Shown here piece by piece: positions 10,916 to 24,742 of a stretch of DNA of 64,000 nucleotides; the stretch's first letter is position 1, and each line of letters starts with the position of its first letter. The position numbers were made by a program, and so were the translations under genes. The notes below the pieces were generated by a model that was not told where the DNA came from, searched no databases, and was given only the letters and a program-made list of their open reading frames with translations. Location: positions 620,001-684,000 of the forward strand of contig NW_026250411.1 of NCBI RefSeq assembly GCF_024521635.1. The letters run 5' to 3'. Source of the DNA: Tricharina praecox (lineage: Eukaryota).

Positions 10916-12228
10916 CTACAAGGCCGAGCCCGAAGTAGGAAACGACGCGGGGTATCCAGCACCCACCCTCGTGGCCATTCCCCTGATCATCCACAGCAGG
11001 CCCAGGCAGAACGGTGGTTCGCCGGTCTCATGATTTTTATTGGCCAACTCCCTTCCGACAACCTCGCCCACATCATCGCCGCCGCCGCTGCGCGCGATCA
11101 CTTCCAAATTCTCCTTCTCCTTGCCGCGGCCCTGGCAATGTCGCCGCTGGAGGATGCCCTCGATCGCATCGATCATCCGCATCAGGGACTCGAACTCCTT
11201 GCGGACAGCGCCGGTGGCCATGTCGCGCCAGGCGTTTCGGCCAAGCTCGACATCCACGCCGCCGATGTTTAGGGTGACCGAGGAGTCGTCGCAGCTGGTG
11301 ATTGCGGTCTGTGCGTTCTCGATGTAGAGGAGGAGTAGTGGGATGAGGGTGCCGAGCATCATCATGCAGACGTAGGTGCTCTGGACTGATGAATGGCAGT
11401 AACGGCAGTGCATCGAGGTGGTGATTGCGGTGAGCGTCGTACGGATGGTGCTGAGCGTCGGTGGGAGGGAAAAGCCGCGGGGCGAGGGGGGTGTGCGGAG
11501 AGTGGAGATTGTGGCGAAGAAGGCGGGAAGGCAGGAGCACGGTTGTTGCACCGGTGTGAGAGCCGTGCACCCGGAATTGGAGAGAGCTTCATCGGGGTTC
11601 CTGGGGGCGCTCCAGGAGACAGGATGCGGTGGCGACGAGATTGAGGACGCGAGCGATTTCGGTGTTGCCGGTGGCTGCGGTATGGAGATGGGTGCGGCAT
11701 CAAACGGGGTGGAGTAGCCGTAGCTGTTGGCTTCCAGCTGTGCCTCGCCGAAGAGGTCGGAAGAATTGGGTGTATATGATACGCCACCATTCCCGCCGAG
11801 ACCATCGCCATTCCCGCCCGCAAACACGTATCTCTCCAGACCCTGGCCCATCAGATCTCCGCCGAAGAGGTCCCCGAAATAGAAGTTTCCTGCATTGGAC
11901 TGAGGGGCCGTCGGGGGTGGGGGTGCATCATTATGGCCGTTCTCTTCGGCAACCTTCCGTACCTTTCTCGGTCGACCAGGCGGTTTCGGCGCTGAGTATG
12001 TACACCGAATGCCTGCGCGACGACATCGTTGGCATCCTGCAGTATCGCCGCTACACTGTACTTTGCGTGCACCTTGAAGAAACCCGGTTTAGCATGGCCA
12101 ACTAGCCGGCGGATGGAGGAGGGAGAGGTGAACATACGACAATCGTCGCAAGCAGATCTGCGTTGAGCTTTTGCAGCCTTCGCCATCATGGAGCTATCGT
12201 ACTCGGTCAAAGCAAAGAGGCCCTCCAT
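10916..12228 (-). CDS. Zn(II)2Cys6 transcription factor, AflR-like architecture; 1 intron
   Basis: RSACDDC-[intron]-RARKVQCSGDTAGCQRCRRAGIRCTYSAPKPPGRP. C-terminal region with CSC...CRYC motifs. Confidence 0.9.
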
Positions 12229-13182
12229 GTTGATTTATTGAGCATAATATGTCAGCACAATCACCCGGGGCGGCGCGTTCTCAATGCCCGAGTTTCGGTC
12301 CGTATCGGCGGATTTTCTCGTTGGTTGCGGTTGCGGATGCGGTTGCGTTGCTTGAGCTCAGCTCGAGTGAACGTGCAGCAAAGCGAGAGTTTTCGGGTTG
12401 GCGGCCAACGGGCAGCGGGAGATATTGTACTAGGAGAGATGGCAAGTACGAGTACGGCTTCGTGATGTCTGCTTCGACTTGTCAGCGCACTGTTCTACCG
12501 TCTTCTGTCTGTGTGTCCATCTGTTTGTCTGTCTGGTGTCCGTCTCGGGCCCGTCTCCTTCTTCGCCAGCCAGCCACGACGAAGTAGAGTACATACTCTT
12601 TCTCTACGCACAAAACTTCGGCGTCTTCTTCTGCTTCTGCTTCTTCTGCTTCTTCTGCTTCTCACGAATCCTCTGATGTTCTTCTGTGTTCTCCTGTTGT
12701 AGTAGGTAAGGTGGCAATCAAAAAGGATTCCCGTGGTGCTTCTGGGCCATTGTTCTCGAAGGGAACTCTGACTGGCATATGGGGCAACTGACCGGATGGG
12801 GGATTCTCGGGGGTTTCGTGGAGGATTTGCGATTGGCCAGAGCCTCAGACATGGGTCCTTGGGCTGTTGACCAAATACAGTTAAGCGCGAAAGAGCCCTA
12901 CACCTGCCAGTGCCACTGCGGCCTTAATTCGCCGGTCCGCTCACTCGGCTCTGGATCGCAAGTCCGGGCCATGACCAAGTGCTACTAGCAGTTTTGTGAG
13001 CTGTACCCGACACAGAGAACATCGAAGAGAATTTCCTCAGGTGGCGGAATCGAAAATACACTCAACCTCGCAACAGGTCACCAATATCTCCCCGTGGACT
13101 GGAGTAGATCCTTCCTGACTGACGAGAGAACGCAGCTGGGAAAGTCGGTAACTGCTTGACCCATCAAACCACATTGTCGGCG

Positions 13183-14496
13183 ATGCCTCTTAACATCATT
13201 GATATCCCTACAGAGCTCCTCCATGAAATCGTCAAAGCTCTGTATGACTCCTCGGAGCGATACCTCGCCAACGCCCACCTCTCCTCCCTCCGGCTAACCA
13301 ACCGCTTCTTCTCGCACCTCGTCAAACCATTCCACCACCAGACCTTCGAGGTATCCTCGACCCGGCGCGTCCGCGAATACCTCCGGATCCTCTGCCGCGA
13401 GCCCGCGCTCTGCTCCTCGACCAAGACTTTGATCCTGCACCTCTACGGCCAAGGCTCCTCGCAGTCCAACCGGCGGGACACCGCAGACGAGATAACCGCG
13501 GACAAGCTAACCTGGCGGGCGCTGCAACTCCCGTGCACCCACGCGCTCGCCCCGCCATCCCGCAGCACCCGTGGCGAATCCGCCCGGTATGACCGCGCCT
13601 GCCTCCCGCTCCTCCTCTGGCGCCTCCACCGCCTCAAGACCCTCCATGTCGCCGTCGACCGCATGTTCCACGACGACGACACGTGGGAATGGGACGGGCT
13701 GACCCTCGACTCGCTCGAGACCTTGGAGTGGGGCTACCGCAGCGTGCGGCGCTCGTCGCAGCAGCTCGCGTCGCTCCTCGCCGCCGCGCCGCGCCTGCAG
13801 CACCTGCGCCTGCACCGCTGCGCCGGTGAGGTGATCATGTCTGCGCTGTCCACCAGCCGGCCGAACGTGCTCACGTCGCTCGAGATCACGGAGTCCTCCC
13901 TGCCCTCGTTGTGGCTGCAAGAGCTCTTCACCGCCAGCCGCGGGCTAAAGCACTTTAAGTACCGGTACGAGAGCGCCCTCGGGCCGCCATTCAACCCGGA
14001 GCCACTGCACTCCGCATTGCGCATGGTCCGCGCCACGCTCGAAACCCTCGACTTCAACAGCGCGCACTGGTGCCTGCTCAGCAGCAGCGCGAAATTAGGG
14101 CCGTTCACCGATTTCCCCCGCCTCACCACGCTGAAGACGAAATACCACTGGCTGCTGAACCACCACTCCCACCACCAGTACCACCACCACTCCAACTCAA
14201 GCATGCGCCTCGCAGACGTCCTCCCCCCGCGCCTCCAGCAGCTCTCGCTCTCCTGCTGCCACCACAGCGATACCGACTTCTTCGCGGACGTCTTCGATGC
14301 CGTGGCCTCCGCGCGCTTCAAAGAGCTCGCGGATCTTAATGTCGCACCCAGCGGAATGGCTAACGCATGCGCTGGCACCGAGTATAGCCGCCTCGCGGGC
14401 GTGTGCAGGATCAATAGGATGGACTTCTCTGTCTATGGTAATCCCATTCTGCGCTTTGATGAGAGTGGGGGCATGATTGATCTGGATGGTGATTGA
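13183..14496 (+). CDS. F-box/LRR-like protein, intronless
   Basis: N-terminal IIDIPTELLHEIV...LSSLRLTNRFF is F-box-like. Degenerate LRR units follow (PRLQHLRL, LETLDF, FPRLTTL, LPPRLQQLSL). Confidence 0.8.
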   Translation: MPLNIIDIPTELLHEIVKALYDSSERYLANAHLSSLRLTNRFFSHLVKPFHHQTFEVSSTRRVREYLRILCREPALCSSTKTLILHLYGQGSSQSNRRDTADEITADKLTWRALQLPCTHALAPPSRSTRGESARYDRACLPLLLWRLHRLKTLHVAVDRMFHDDDTWEWDGLTLDSLETLEWGYRSVRRSSQQLASLLAAAPRLQHLRLHRCAGEVIMSALSTSRPNVLTSLEITESSLPSLWLQELFTASRGLKHFKYRYESALGPPFNPEPLHSALRMVRATLETLDFNSAHWCLLSSSAKLGPFTDFPRLTTLKTKYHWLLNHHSHHQYHHHSNSSMRLADVLPPRLQQLSLSCCHHSDTDFFADVFDAVASARFKELADLNVAPSGMANACAGTEYSRLAGVCRINRMDFSVYGNPILRFDESGGMIDLDGD

Positions 14497-15306
14497 GGGA
14501 GTGGGTGCGTGGGTGCGTGGTTGAGGGAGGGAGGGAGGGAGGGAGTGATGGGTTGATTATGGGGCTTGCTTCGGTGCGTGTTTCTTTTTCCACTACCTAC
14601 TACTATCTTTGGTCGCTCCGAGACTTGATACTGCACACATAGGGGGCTTTGTTTTTGTAGTTCGATTCATAGGTCCGCACTCTTGGGGCATTCTTGGAGC
14701 TTCCGATCCGTCTACTACCGTACTCAGCTGCAGGTTTCGTTGTTTCTTCTTCGGCCGAGACTGTTGTCATTGATCCTGCGGCGGGCTGGATGTTATCCGT
14801 CGACTGGCCTGGTTTCTTCCTTTTGGCCGCGGTTATTACTGTCACTCTGGGTGTCATCTTCTCATGATTCTCCAAAAAATAGCAGTAGTTATTCATCATC
14901 CCGTCTTTAGTTATGCACCTATAGCTACCGGATGATAAAATTCAACCATATACTTTACTCGTACTCGTACAATGTACTCCAAATATCTGAAAGAAGAAGC
15001 CCCAAATATCTACATCCGTTCATCCAGCCAGCCAGCCCGTATAGTATAAACACCAAGTATGAAAAGACAAAAATCCCATTATGTAAGTATGTGCAATGAA
15101 AATGTGCAATGAAAAAAATGCCATGCCATGCTGAATGCATATGCCAATCCAAAATCAAAATCAAATCAAACAAATAAACAAACACATGTCCCAGATTGTC
15201 CCAGATGAACGCCGCGAAAGAAAGAAGAAGAAGAAGATGAAGAAGATGAAGAAGAAGAACCCGCAAACACCACGCACCTACACCCACATGTACACCCACC
15301 AGAGTA

Positions 15307-16457
15307 CTAAAGCTCCGACTGCGTCGGCGAAATAACGAGCACAATGACCAGCGAGGCGACGATCAACTGTCACCACCAGCACCATCAGCACCACACCAGC
15401 ACCAGCAACCGCACTTCCACCCCCCAAGCATCCGAGAAGAAGGGGAATCACTCACAGCACACGCGACTAACGTGAGCAAAAACACGCTGCCCCTACTAGC
15501 GGGGAACTTCCCCTTCAGCAGCCACGCCTGGGACTCATAGTATCGGTTCGTGCCGATCAGCAGCACCAGTATCGCGATGCCCAGGAACGTGGCCCCCAGT
15601 GGCTTGCCGATCGTTCGCAGCGTGTCCTTCGTCTCCCCGTGGGGCACCGTGGCCGAGTTAAGACGGAAGAGCTGCGTTATGGCGATGCCTATGCAAGGGT
15701 TTAGTGGGTTGGAAACGGGAGGAGGGCGAGAGGAGGAGGAGCAGCGGCAGCGGCAGCAGGAGGAGGAGAAGGAAGCACCGATTGAAGCAAAGGCTAGACT
15801 TGTTCTCAGCCATGCGAGGAATGTCCTCTCTGTACGTCCGTCCCACCAGTCAGCCAGTATTCCCATCCCAACCCTTCGCACCCCTCCCCCCATCCCACCC
15901 ACCACAGCCCACATCCAGAGTGACTACAAACCCAGCGCCAAATGATCTCTCGCGACCGAGCCCTTATTCTCGAGCTCTATCGCGCCGAGTCTTCCAAAGA
16001 AGCCATGTTTATTCCGGTCACCCTCGCGCTCCTCATCCTCGAGCTCCTCGTCGTCGGACGACGACGAGGAGCGGCCACGGGCGGGGACGAGCCCGCGCTG
16101 CGATATCCCGTAGGACCGGATGCTGCTGGCGCCGTGTGAGGACGTGATCGCTGTGCGCTCGTCGTCTAGCCCCCCCGGTCCTCCTCCCGGCGACAGGCTC
16201 GTCGTCGTTTGGGGCCGGCTAGGGATGGGAATGTCCATATCGCAGGTGGTGGAGATGCTGGAGGCGGTCGTGGAAAAGGTTACGATTCGGCGGAGGCGCG
16301 CGGGAGCTGGTGCTGCGAGTGGTGGAGGTGGAGGAGTGGAGGTGGAGGAATATATTGGAGTGAGCTCGGGGACCCCATGCTCGGTGGTAGTGCTAGTAGT
16401 TGTAGTAGTAGCAGTAGCAGTAGCAGTAGGAGGTGTGGGCGGGGGTGTGCTGGGCAT
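15307..16457 (-). CDS. DUF202 (YidH/Vtc1-like) membrane protein; 3 introns
   Basis: ELENKGSVARDHLAL-ERTFLAWLRTSLAFASIG-IAITQLFRL, three hydrophobic helices, last exon LIVASLVIVLVISPTQSEL*. Confidence 0.9.
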
Positions 16458-17193
16458 GGCGCCTTGGTCTGGAGGCTCGGGAGAGCTGGAATGGAATGTA
16501 CCCTACCAGGTATGCAAGAGTGGTGGAAGCTCGCGTGATGATGAAGTGCTAGTTCCGGACTGGGCTGGGAGGACTGATGCGGAGCTAGCAGCCGATAGGC
16601 TAATGTATAGGGCTGGGATCAGCTCAGCTGCTGCGGTCAGGGACGTGAGAGGTCTCTGGAAAGTCTTGAATAGGTACTTCCTCAGGCGAAAGGATTCTTC
16701 AAGATGTGGAGTAGGTATATTAATGCTGGATCAACATGCGCGACGTCCTAAAAGTGGCAACCCGAAAAGACGTAGATGTTCCCCGGTAGTTAGAGATGAA
16801 ATGGCTTCTTCCTTTCCAAACGATATGCCGGGGGTGTCTCATATGCATGCGCGGTCACCAACGGAGTTGTCTGTTTACAGTTGCAGGATTGGCCGGACCG
16901 GCGCAGGGTCCTTCAGCCTCACGTGTGGGAGACAGTGCCTCTCGAAACATGTGCGAGGGATAGCGCGGAGAATAGTGGGGCAGGTGGGGTGGTTACAGTA
17001 GACAGGATATTGTCTAGCCGGGTGTAAACCGAGCACGAATGGTCAGACGCTAGAGACTGGAGATTCACAGGTTTAGATATCACACTGTGGATCGCAATAA
17101 TGGCTCTTTAAGGCTTCCACTCTCATTCTCCCATCATCCTACTGATATATCCACCCGCCGAAGAGGTAACTAAGACTTAGATAACCGATAACG

Positions 17194-18462
17194 TTATCCG
17201 CTAACTGGGAAGATCACAATACGTCCGTCGACACTAAAGCACGGGTCAGCATGATGATCGACCAACGATAGGCGAGCGCGACATACCCGCTGGTGCTAAA
17301 CTGGGTGATTTCTCCGGAGGAGCCTTCATAGACCCTAATGGTACTACACGGGTGTTAGATCAGCCAAAACACAATGTTTACCGGTGAATAACATACGAGA
17401 TGGTATTCTGGTGGATGGTCTTGATAGTGGTGTCTTCGATAGTGTTGGTCCTGCCCTTCAGGTCCATCTGTCTAAACATGTTCAACGCGCTGCTCTCGGC
17501 GTCCTGAGCTTCGCCCCTGTTCTTGTTGGGATCGTCGACGCTGTAAGCCTGGGTCCAGCCACTCATGTCTCCCTGGAAGACCACTGGGTGGCAATCGTGA
17601 CCGGCCGCGATTATCTGGTCCTCCTTGCTCCATATAAGCGCCACGAACGGCATCATCTGCGTAGTCACCGTGAGGACGGCGCGCGGGGGTTGGTCGGGCG
17701 CGGATGGGTAGACCACCGTGACGGAGGAGTCGTGCGCAGCGTAGGCAAGCGCGTCTCCGGACGGTGAGAATGCAACCGCGTGAACCCAACCGCCAGACGA
17801 GTTCGTGTACTCTCCGCAAACGGTGTTGAACGGGAGACGCTCTCCCCAGACAGTGGGCTCGGGACGCTGGTCGACGCCCTTGATGAACGCGGAGAAGACG
17901 CGCGCATGGGCGTCGGCAGAACCAGCAGCGAGGAGAACCGAGTTCGGGTGCCAGGAGACTGAGAGGACCGTGGAGCGCAGGGGCTTCTTGATATGCTTCG
18001 AGACCCACCAGGTGTTTTCTTCTTCGAAGGAGCAGACCGCGATCACGCGCGCTCCAGAGCCGACGGCGAACTTCTTCTCGTCGGGGGACCAGCGGACCAT
18101 CGTCGCTGCACGGTTGATACGGAGAAGGACGAGGGTAGGCTTCCAGCCGGTCGGGGACGGCTCCCAAACGAGGGCGTTACGATCTGAAGAATATCAGTCT
18201 GCAAGCTCACCACGACAGCTACATCCAAGTTTCACACACCCTGGGAGCAGGTGACGATCTTGCCGGACCCCGGCGCGATGTCCACACTGGTAACAGTTTT
18301 GTCGTGTCCGGCAAGCTCATCCTCCAACGTGAAGCCCTTTCCGGAGCGAGCGTAGAGCTGCACTCGCGTGTCGCGAGCTACGGCGAGTCGAGAACGATCG
18401 GCATTGAACGAGTGGTCGGCGATGGGCTGGTGGAATAGCAGATGGACTTCGGGGGAAGACAT
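17194..18462 (-). CDS. ARC40: Arp2/3 complex WD40 subunit ARPC1/Arc40/Sop2
   Basis: GHDKTVTSVDIAP...IVTCSQD, WKPTLVLLRINRAATMVRWSP, WWVSKHIKKPLRSTV, SALNMFRQMD, SGVDGRIVIF. Confidence 0.96.
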
Positions 18463-19449
18463 GATGACGATGATGGGGATGATGGATGGGACGATAGGAG
18501 CGACACTCTACTATCGTTGACGATGAAGAGCTGGAGATGGAGATTGAGATGGTTGGATTGAGATTGGGAGGGGGGGTTGTGTTGCGTGTCACCCAAGGAT
18601 CCAAGCTGTCGTCGTTCAGGAGCGGAGCTTGCCGAAACGGGCAAGCCTCAAAGCCACACCGCCATCAAGATGCCGGTACCATGGCAGGCTTGAATTGAAC
18701 CGTTTATTTCCCTTTAGGACATCGTATCTGCACTTGACGACCCGGGTGTCGGGACTGGCCTTTTCTTCTTCGAAGCCGAAGAATCCTGAAGTGAAGTGTG
18801 CGTTCCGATCGATTGACCGAGGTTGGATTGAGGGCCTTGGGGGTTGCATTGCTTGAAGAACCTGTTTGGAAAACCAGAAGCTTCGGACCGTCCTGCGCAC
18901 CCTGTTGGATACCTCGGGGACAGATAAAAGATAGAATGTACTTTGCACACTCTCGTCCTGATCTCATCGATGTTTAACGCACCCAAGTCCTACAAATGTG
19001 CGGTGATGCTCTCACCGTCGACCTCAGCCCCTCTACTGCTATATTCCTTCGGTATTCCTTTGTTGGACAAAGAAGGCCTGCGATGTTGACTCATAATTAC
19101 GGTGATGAGCTGGAGGAACCCAACCGCCGCATAAGCTCTGCCTAGCGGTGGGGCTCCCACGCTGCGCTGCTCTTCTATCTTCTCTATCTGCTGCCTATGC
19201 AGCCCTGCCATCGCTCTTCGTATAGACTCCGTGCCGTGCGGCTTTAGCTGCCGCTCCGTGCCTTAGTCCGTCACAACAGGGACCACCGCGACTACCTACC
19301 GCACACGGCTATCTGCTTGACCCTATCCACAGCAATTCCAACACATAAAAGGCCGCCAGCATCGCCTCCGACCACATTGACACCCTCTCTAAAGTTATCT
19401 CGCTACTCGTCCTCCTTGCCATCCCCGATTCGCTCGGGACGGCCTCATC

Positions 19450-22400
19450 ATGAATCATGGATTGTTTGTCCAGGGCGGCCCCAGCATAGAGTTCCTCAGA
19501 CCGAACGAGAGGCTCCCGCACACGACCAGTGGCGGATATGCGGAATCGTAGGCGTTTGATATCGCGCATTTAAATACCGCAACTGACAGATATCCCCAGG
19601 AACATTCTCGGAACACAAGCTCGGATAGCACTCCTGGTAGCTTCGGCGGTTGTCACATTCAGCATTCTGTTCGTTTGTCGACTGGTGGTCGGTATTCCGT
19701 TTCTGCCGCCTGTCGACTATCGGTCGTTCAGAATATTCAGCAAGCACGACTTTGTCGCCCTCCATGGAGCCGACGCTCTGCCATCAAAAGCCCCGATCGA
19801 AAAGCTGCAGGGAGCACGCAGAAATTGGGCGTGGGCGCAGTTGATATGTCTGATATCTCTGGTTCTTGTAGATTCCTTTGTGTTGGCCACGAGCCTAGCG
19901 CAAGGCGATCCCTTCGTCGAGGAGGCGGTGGAGCTTGCCTATTGGTGTCTCATTCTGGGTCTCTTCTCGTTTCGCTTCTACGCGACGCCATACCGGCCAA
20001 CGATATTTCTTCTGACGTGCTTCGCTTGCTTCCTGCCGGTGGTTCTGGTGTTTCACCGGGATATATGGCCTAAATTGTTGCTTAATCCGCCGCAAGACAG
20101 GCTTGACGATGCCCGCACGGGTTGGCCGATATACGCAAGACTGGCATTGTCGTTCGTCGTGGAGGCTTGTTTTGTGTTTACCCCGCGACAGTGGTATCCC
20201 GTGGATCCGTTCTCGCCGGACGTTGTATCGCCAGAGCAGACGGCTTCGGTCTTCAACTACTTCACATATGGCTGGATCACGCGGCTGGTTACCATCGCCT
20301 GGAATCGGGATATCGTAATCGACGACTTCGATGCCTTGCCGGACTACGACCGCGCCCGCCTCTGGCTCAACAAGTACGAACAGAACAAGAAGGCCAACGC
20401 TCTACGCACGATGTTTGCTCTTTTCCGCTGGGACTTCTTATACATGACGTTATTCAGCTTCGCGGTCGGAGTTCTCCAGTTCATCTGGCCCCTGTCCATG
20501 AGGGAGCTCCTAGCGTACATCGAGAAGTCGAAGACTCCTGAGATTACCCCCTGGGTTTGGGTCTTTGGGTTGTTCATTGGACCCATATGCGCAGCTGCGG
20601 CTTACCAAGGATACATCTTCAACTCCACGCGCCTCATCATTCGGATCAAAGCCGCCTTCACGCAGGCCCTTCTGTCGAAGACGTTGAAGATACGATTCAC
20701 CAGCGATGAAAAACAGCAAGCGGAAAAAGGCGACAACCAGCCATCGGCCACCGGCTCGAAAGTTGGCCGGATCAACAACATGATGTCTTCTGACCTCCAG
20801 CAGCTGGCAGACGCTCGGGAGTTCTTCATGCTCGTCGGCACTGTGCCAATCGAAATCGTGCTGTCTGTCATCTTCCTCTACGATCTCTTGGGCTGGTCAA
20901 GTTTGGTCGGCGTGGCGCTCATGCTCGCAACAATGTTTGTCCCGGTCATGTTGGCCAAAATCCTGGCCAAGGTTCAGAAACGCCTTCGAGCGGCCACGGA
21001 CGCTAGGATTGGCCTGATGGTCGAAACGATGAATTCGATCAGAATCATCAAGTTCTTTGGCATGGAGAAGCCTTTCTTGGGCCGTATTCGGGACAGCAGG
21101 AATAAGGAGCTCCGACTTACTTTCATCGGCGCCATGTACAATCTAGGTATGCACGAGTGAACTTGCATCTACTCACTGGATTAAGTCGCTGACATGGATA
21201 GGTTTCCATACGATTTCAACTCTTTTGCCAGTTATCAATATGCTGTTCACATTTGGTCTCTACACCAAGGTGATGAAGCAGCCGCTGACTGCCAGTATCG
21301 CATTTACTTCCATCAGTCTGTTTGATATTTTGCGTTCGCAATTCATATGGATGGCATTCGTGTCCCAACAAGTGCTCTACGCTTTTGTCTCTTTTGAGCG
21401 GATCGACAAGTTCTTGAACCACGAGGAGGAAATCGAAGAGACCGCCGCCTACACCGACGATTCTGGAGCAGAAGACCGCCCACCAAGCTACGAGAACGCT
21501 ACGCTCTCATGGAACGTTCCGGGTGCCGAAGGCGACAATAACTTCCGAATGCTGGACGTCAATGTCGAATGCGCGCCAGGCGGGTTGACAGTGGTTGCTG
21601 GTCCGGTGGGGAGCGGCAAGACCAGTTTCCTACTTGGACTTCTGGGGGAGATGCGGGTCTCGAAGGGAAAAGTTCATCTTAACCGTGCGAACGGCATTGC
21701 TTTCGCAGCACAGACACCATGGCTCCAGTGCGAAACGGTACAGAACAACATTCTTTTCGGAACGGAATACAACGAGGAGCGCTACCAGAAAGTGGTCGAT
21801 GCATGCGGCCTTTCTGCGGATTTCGAGGCGTTTGAGGCAGGCGATCAGACTGAGATCGGTGAGCGTGGTGTGTCTCTCAGTGGAGGTCAGAAGGCCCGCG
21901 TTGCCCTGGCAAGGGCCGTCTATTCGCCTGCGCAAATCGTTTTGCTCGATGATGTTCTCTCGGCGTTGGACGCTGGCACCGCTAAGACTGTTGTTGAGAA
22001 ATGCCTGATGGGAGATGTCCTGGCCGGACGTACCGTTGTGTTGGTGACTCACCACCTCTCGCTCGTTTCCTCGGTGGCCAAGAAAGTCGTCGTTCTTGAG
22101 GATGGCCGTGTTGTTTCGGACTGTGCTCCCCAGGCTTTACCGGGAGATATCATTGGAAGAATCGCGGAAGAGGAGCCAGCGGCCGTGGAAGAATCCCAGC
22201 CTGCGGACTTGATCGATATTCCTCCCAAGGCACTCAGCGTCAATGCAGGCTTGAAGGGCACCAACAATGCAAATGGAACGGCCAAGGGAAAATTGGTGAA
22301 AGAGGAAGGTTATGGTACCGGAAGGATCCCGAAGCGATTGATTTGGGATTACCTGAAGAACTATGGTGGGATTGTGGTAATGGTGCTGTTGATGATCTTC

Positions 22401-24742
22401 AACGTCGCAGACCAGCTGGGCGGACTCGCCAACCAGTTCTTTGTTGCCCTGTGGTCAGACGAATATACGAACAATCCGGACCATGTCAACGTTAATCTGT
22501 GGCTGGGTCTTTACGCCGCTGTTCTTGTCGGCACCACGCTACTCGACGTTGCAACCTACGGTGCCTGGTTCGGCTTCCAGTGGCTCGCCGCACGCCGTCT
22601 CCACGACAAACTGGTCAAATCCGTGATTTACTCTCCCATCAGGTTCTTCGACACTACGCCAGTGGGACGGATAATAAACCGACTTTCCAACGACGTTAGG
22701 TCCGTCGACAGCAAGATAGGTCCATATCTGTTGCAGCTCATCATGCAGTGTCTCGAAGTCGTCATGCGCTTGGTGGTCATGTCGGGCTTGATACCTGCGT
22801 TTCTGTTCCCCACGGTGTTTGCATCGGTGCTCGGGCTGGGATGCGGTATGATGTATGCCAAAGCGCAGATCGGCGTGAAGCGCATCGTGTCGGTCAAGGA
22901 GTCACCGTTGATGTCGCATTTCGGAGACGCAATCAATGGAATCCTCACCATCAGGGCTTTCTCGTGCCAAGGACGCTTCTTAGAGGAGAACATGAAGAGG
23001 GTGGATGATTTCAGCACACCGTATGTCCCTCCACCCTTTAGAATTTGAGGTGGCTATACTAATTCGAGTAGGAATGAGGCCTTCTTCAACCTCAACCGTT
23101 GGATAGGAATCAGGATCAGTTGGTGCACCGCTTTGATCGGTGGTGCTGCTGGATTCATCGCTCTCTCTTCCGAGGGCTATTCACCTGGCTTGATTGGTTT
23201 CAGCATGACGAACTGTGTGGCGTTCTCGTCGAGCGTTCTCGCCGGTGTGAGATATTTGAATGCTGTTAGTTGTTCTGGGTATATCCGGTAGAGGGACATA
23301 TGCTAATGACGGCACAGTTGGAAGTCGAACTCAACTCCTATGAGCGTGTCGAAGAGTGGATTAACCTCCCGCCAGAGGTATGGGCAATTTTCGTTCATTT
23401 TTGGGAACTCGTCAATAACACTTCTTCCAGGAAATTCCTAGTAAGGACAAAGAGCCCCCGGCGGCATGGCCAACCCGTAAGTTTATTTATTGTCCTTGGA
23501 TCTTGATGGCAATCTGACATTTCTGTGAAGAGGGCGACGTCCGCATACAGGACCTGAGCGTCAAATACACTGAAGATGGTCCGGATGTTCTGCACAAAAT
23601 CAGCTTCGACGTCAAGCCGCGCGAGAGAGTAAGTGCTCAATCCTCAATGCAGCGACAGGAAACTTACTGTGACGTCAGATTGGAGTCGTGGGTCGGACGG
23701 GCGCGGGAAAATCTTCGCTTGCGCTCTCTCTTCTGCGGTTTACGCACATTTCGGGTGGTTCGGTGATTATCAACGGCATTGATATCAAGAATATCAACCT
23801 TGAGGCGCTGAGGCGGCGCATCACAATCATTCCCCAGGATCCTGTGTTATTCAGTGGAACGATCCGGAGCAATCTAGACCCGTTCGATGAGACAGACGAC
23901 ACTGAGCTGCAGGATGCGCTTGAAGCCTGTGGGCTCGCAGACCCTCAAGGGCTCAGCGCCGAAGATACACAGGCGTCGGGGACATCAACCCCAACGGGAA
24001 CTAAGCGCATCACGCTGGATTCGCCAGTTACTAGCGAAGGCTCCAACCTGTCGCAAGGTAAGCAAACGGGCACCTATCCGATAGTCCCCGTACACCGCAT
24101 TGACGCGTAACAGGTCAACGGCAGCTGCTCGCATTCGCCAGGGGAGCTCTTGTGAGGCGATCGAAACTAGTGATTTTGGATGAGGTGGGCTTCCTCCGAA
24201 ATATCCCCGCTGTACGCCAAGGCTTTGTTACTGATCACTCACTTATTTATCCCAGGCTACCAGCTCCACAGACATGAAGACGTGAGAAGGGCCTCGCTCG
24301 AGCCCGTGCAGCTTTGATCATCCGATCAATTCGCTGACAAATGCCATAGGGATGAACGGATCCGAGAATTATTCAACACGAATGGGAACTTTGTAGACTC
24401 TTCTTTCATCATGATTGCCCACCGTTTGAGTACGTACCTACCCGCAGGAACGAATTACCCGAAGATTCCCGATAATAACGAGAGTCATGTGATCACAGGA
24501 ACCGTCATGCAGTTCGACCGAATTCTAGTTCTTGATAATAGCGGCAACGGAGGCGAGGTTGTGGAGTAAGAGCTCGGACCTTGTTCAGAAGTGACGGAGA
24601 CACATGCTTACTTCTTCGCTTTAGATTCGACACTCCGCGGAACCTGCTGAGTAACGAGGACGGCGTCTTTTACAGCCTTGCGCAGAAGAGCGGTGAGTTT
24701 GAGGAATTGCTGGCTTTGGCAAATACTAGCACCGGAAGGTAG
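19450..24742 (+). CDS. Full-length ABCC/MRP-type ABC transporter (Ybt1/Bpt1-like); many introns
   Basis: Lasso motif SPEQTASVFNYFTYGW. NBD1 GPVGSGKTS and LSGGQKAR...LLDD; RFFDTTPVGRIINR; NBD2 GRTGAGKSS and LSQGQRQL...ILDEATSS, IAHRL. The start at 19450 is joined through a GTAGGC...CAG intron. Confidence 0.95.

Noticed and set aside
14603..14899. 98-aa minus-strand ORF between the F-box and DUF202 genes
   Set aside because: No recognisable motif or convincing gene structure; lies in convergent 3' UTR space.
16120..17001. 293-aa plus-strand ORF
   Set aside because: Antisense to the low-complexity DUF202 N-terminus and its promoter; no domain.
18616..19211. Short minus-strand ORFs between ARC40 and the ABC transporter
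   Set aside because: Could be a gene relic, but I could not build a coherent spliced model or recognise homology.
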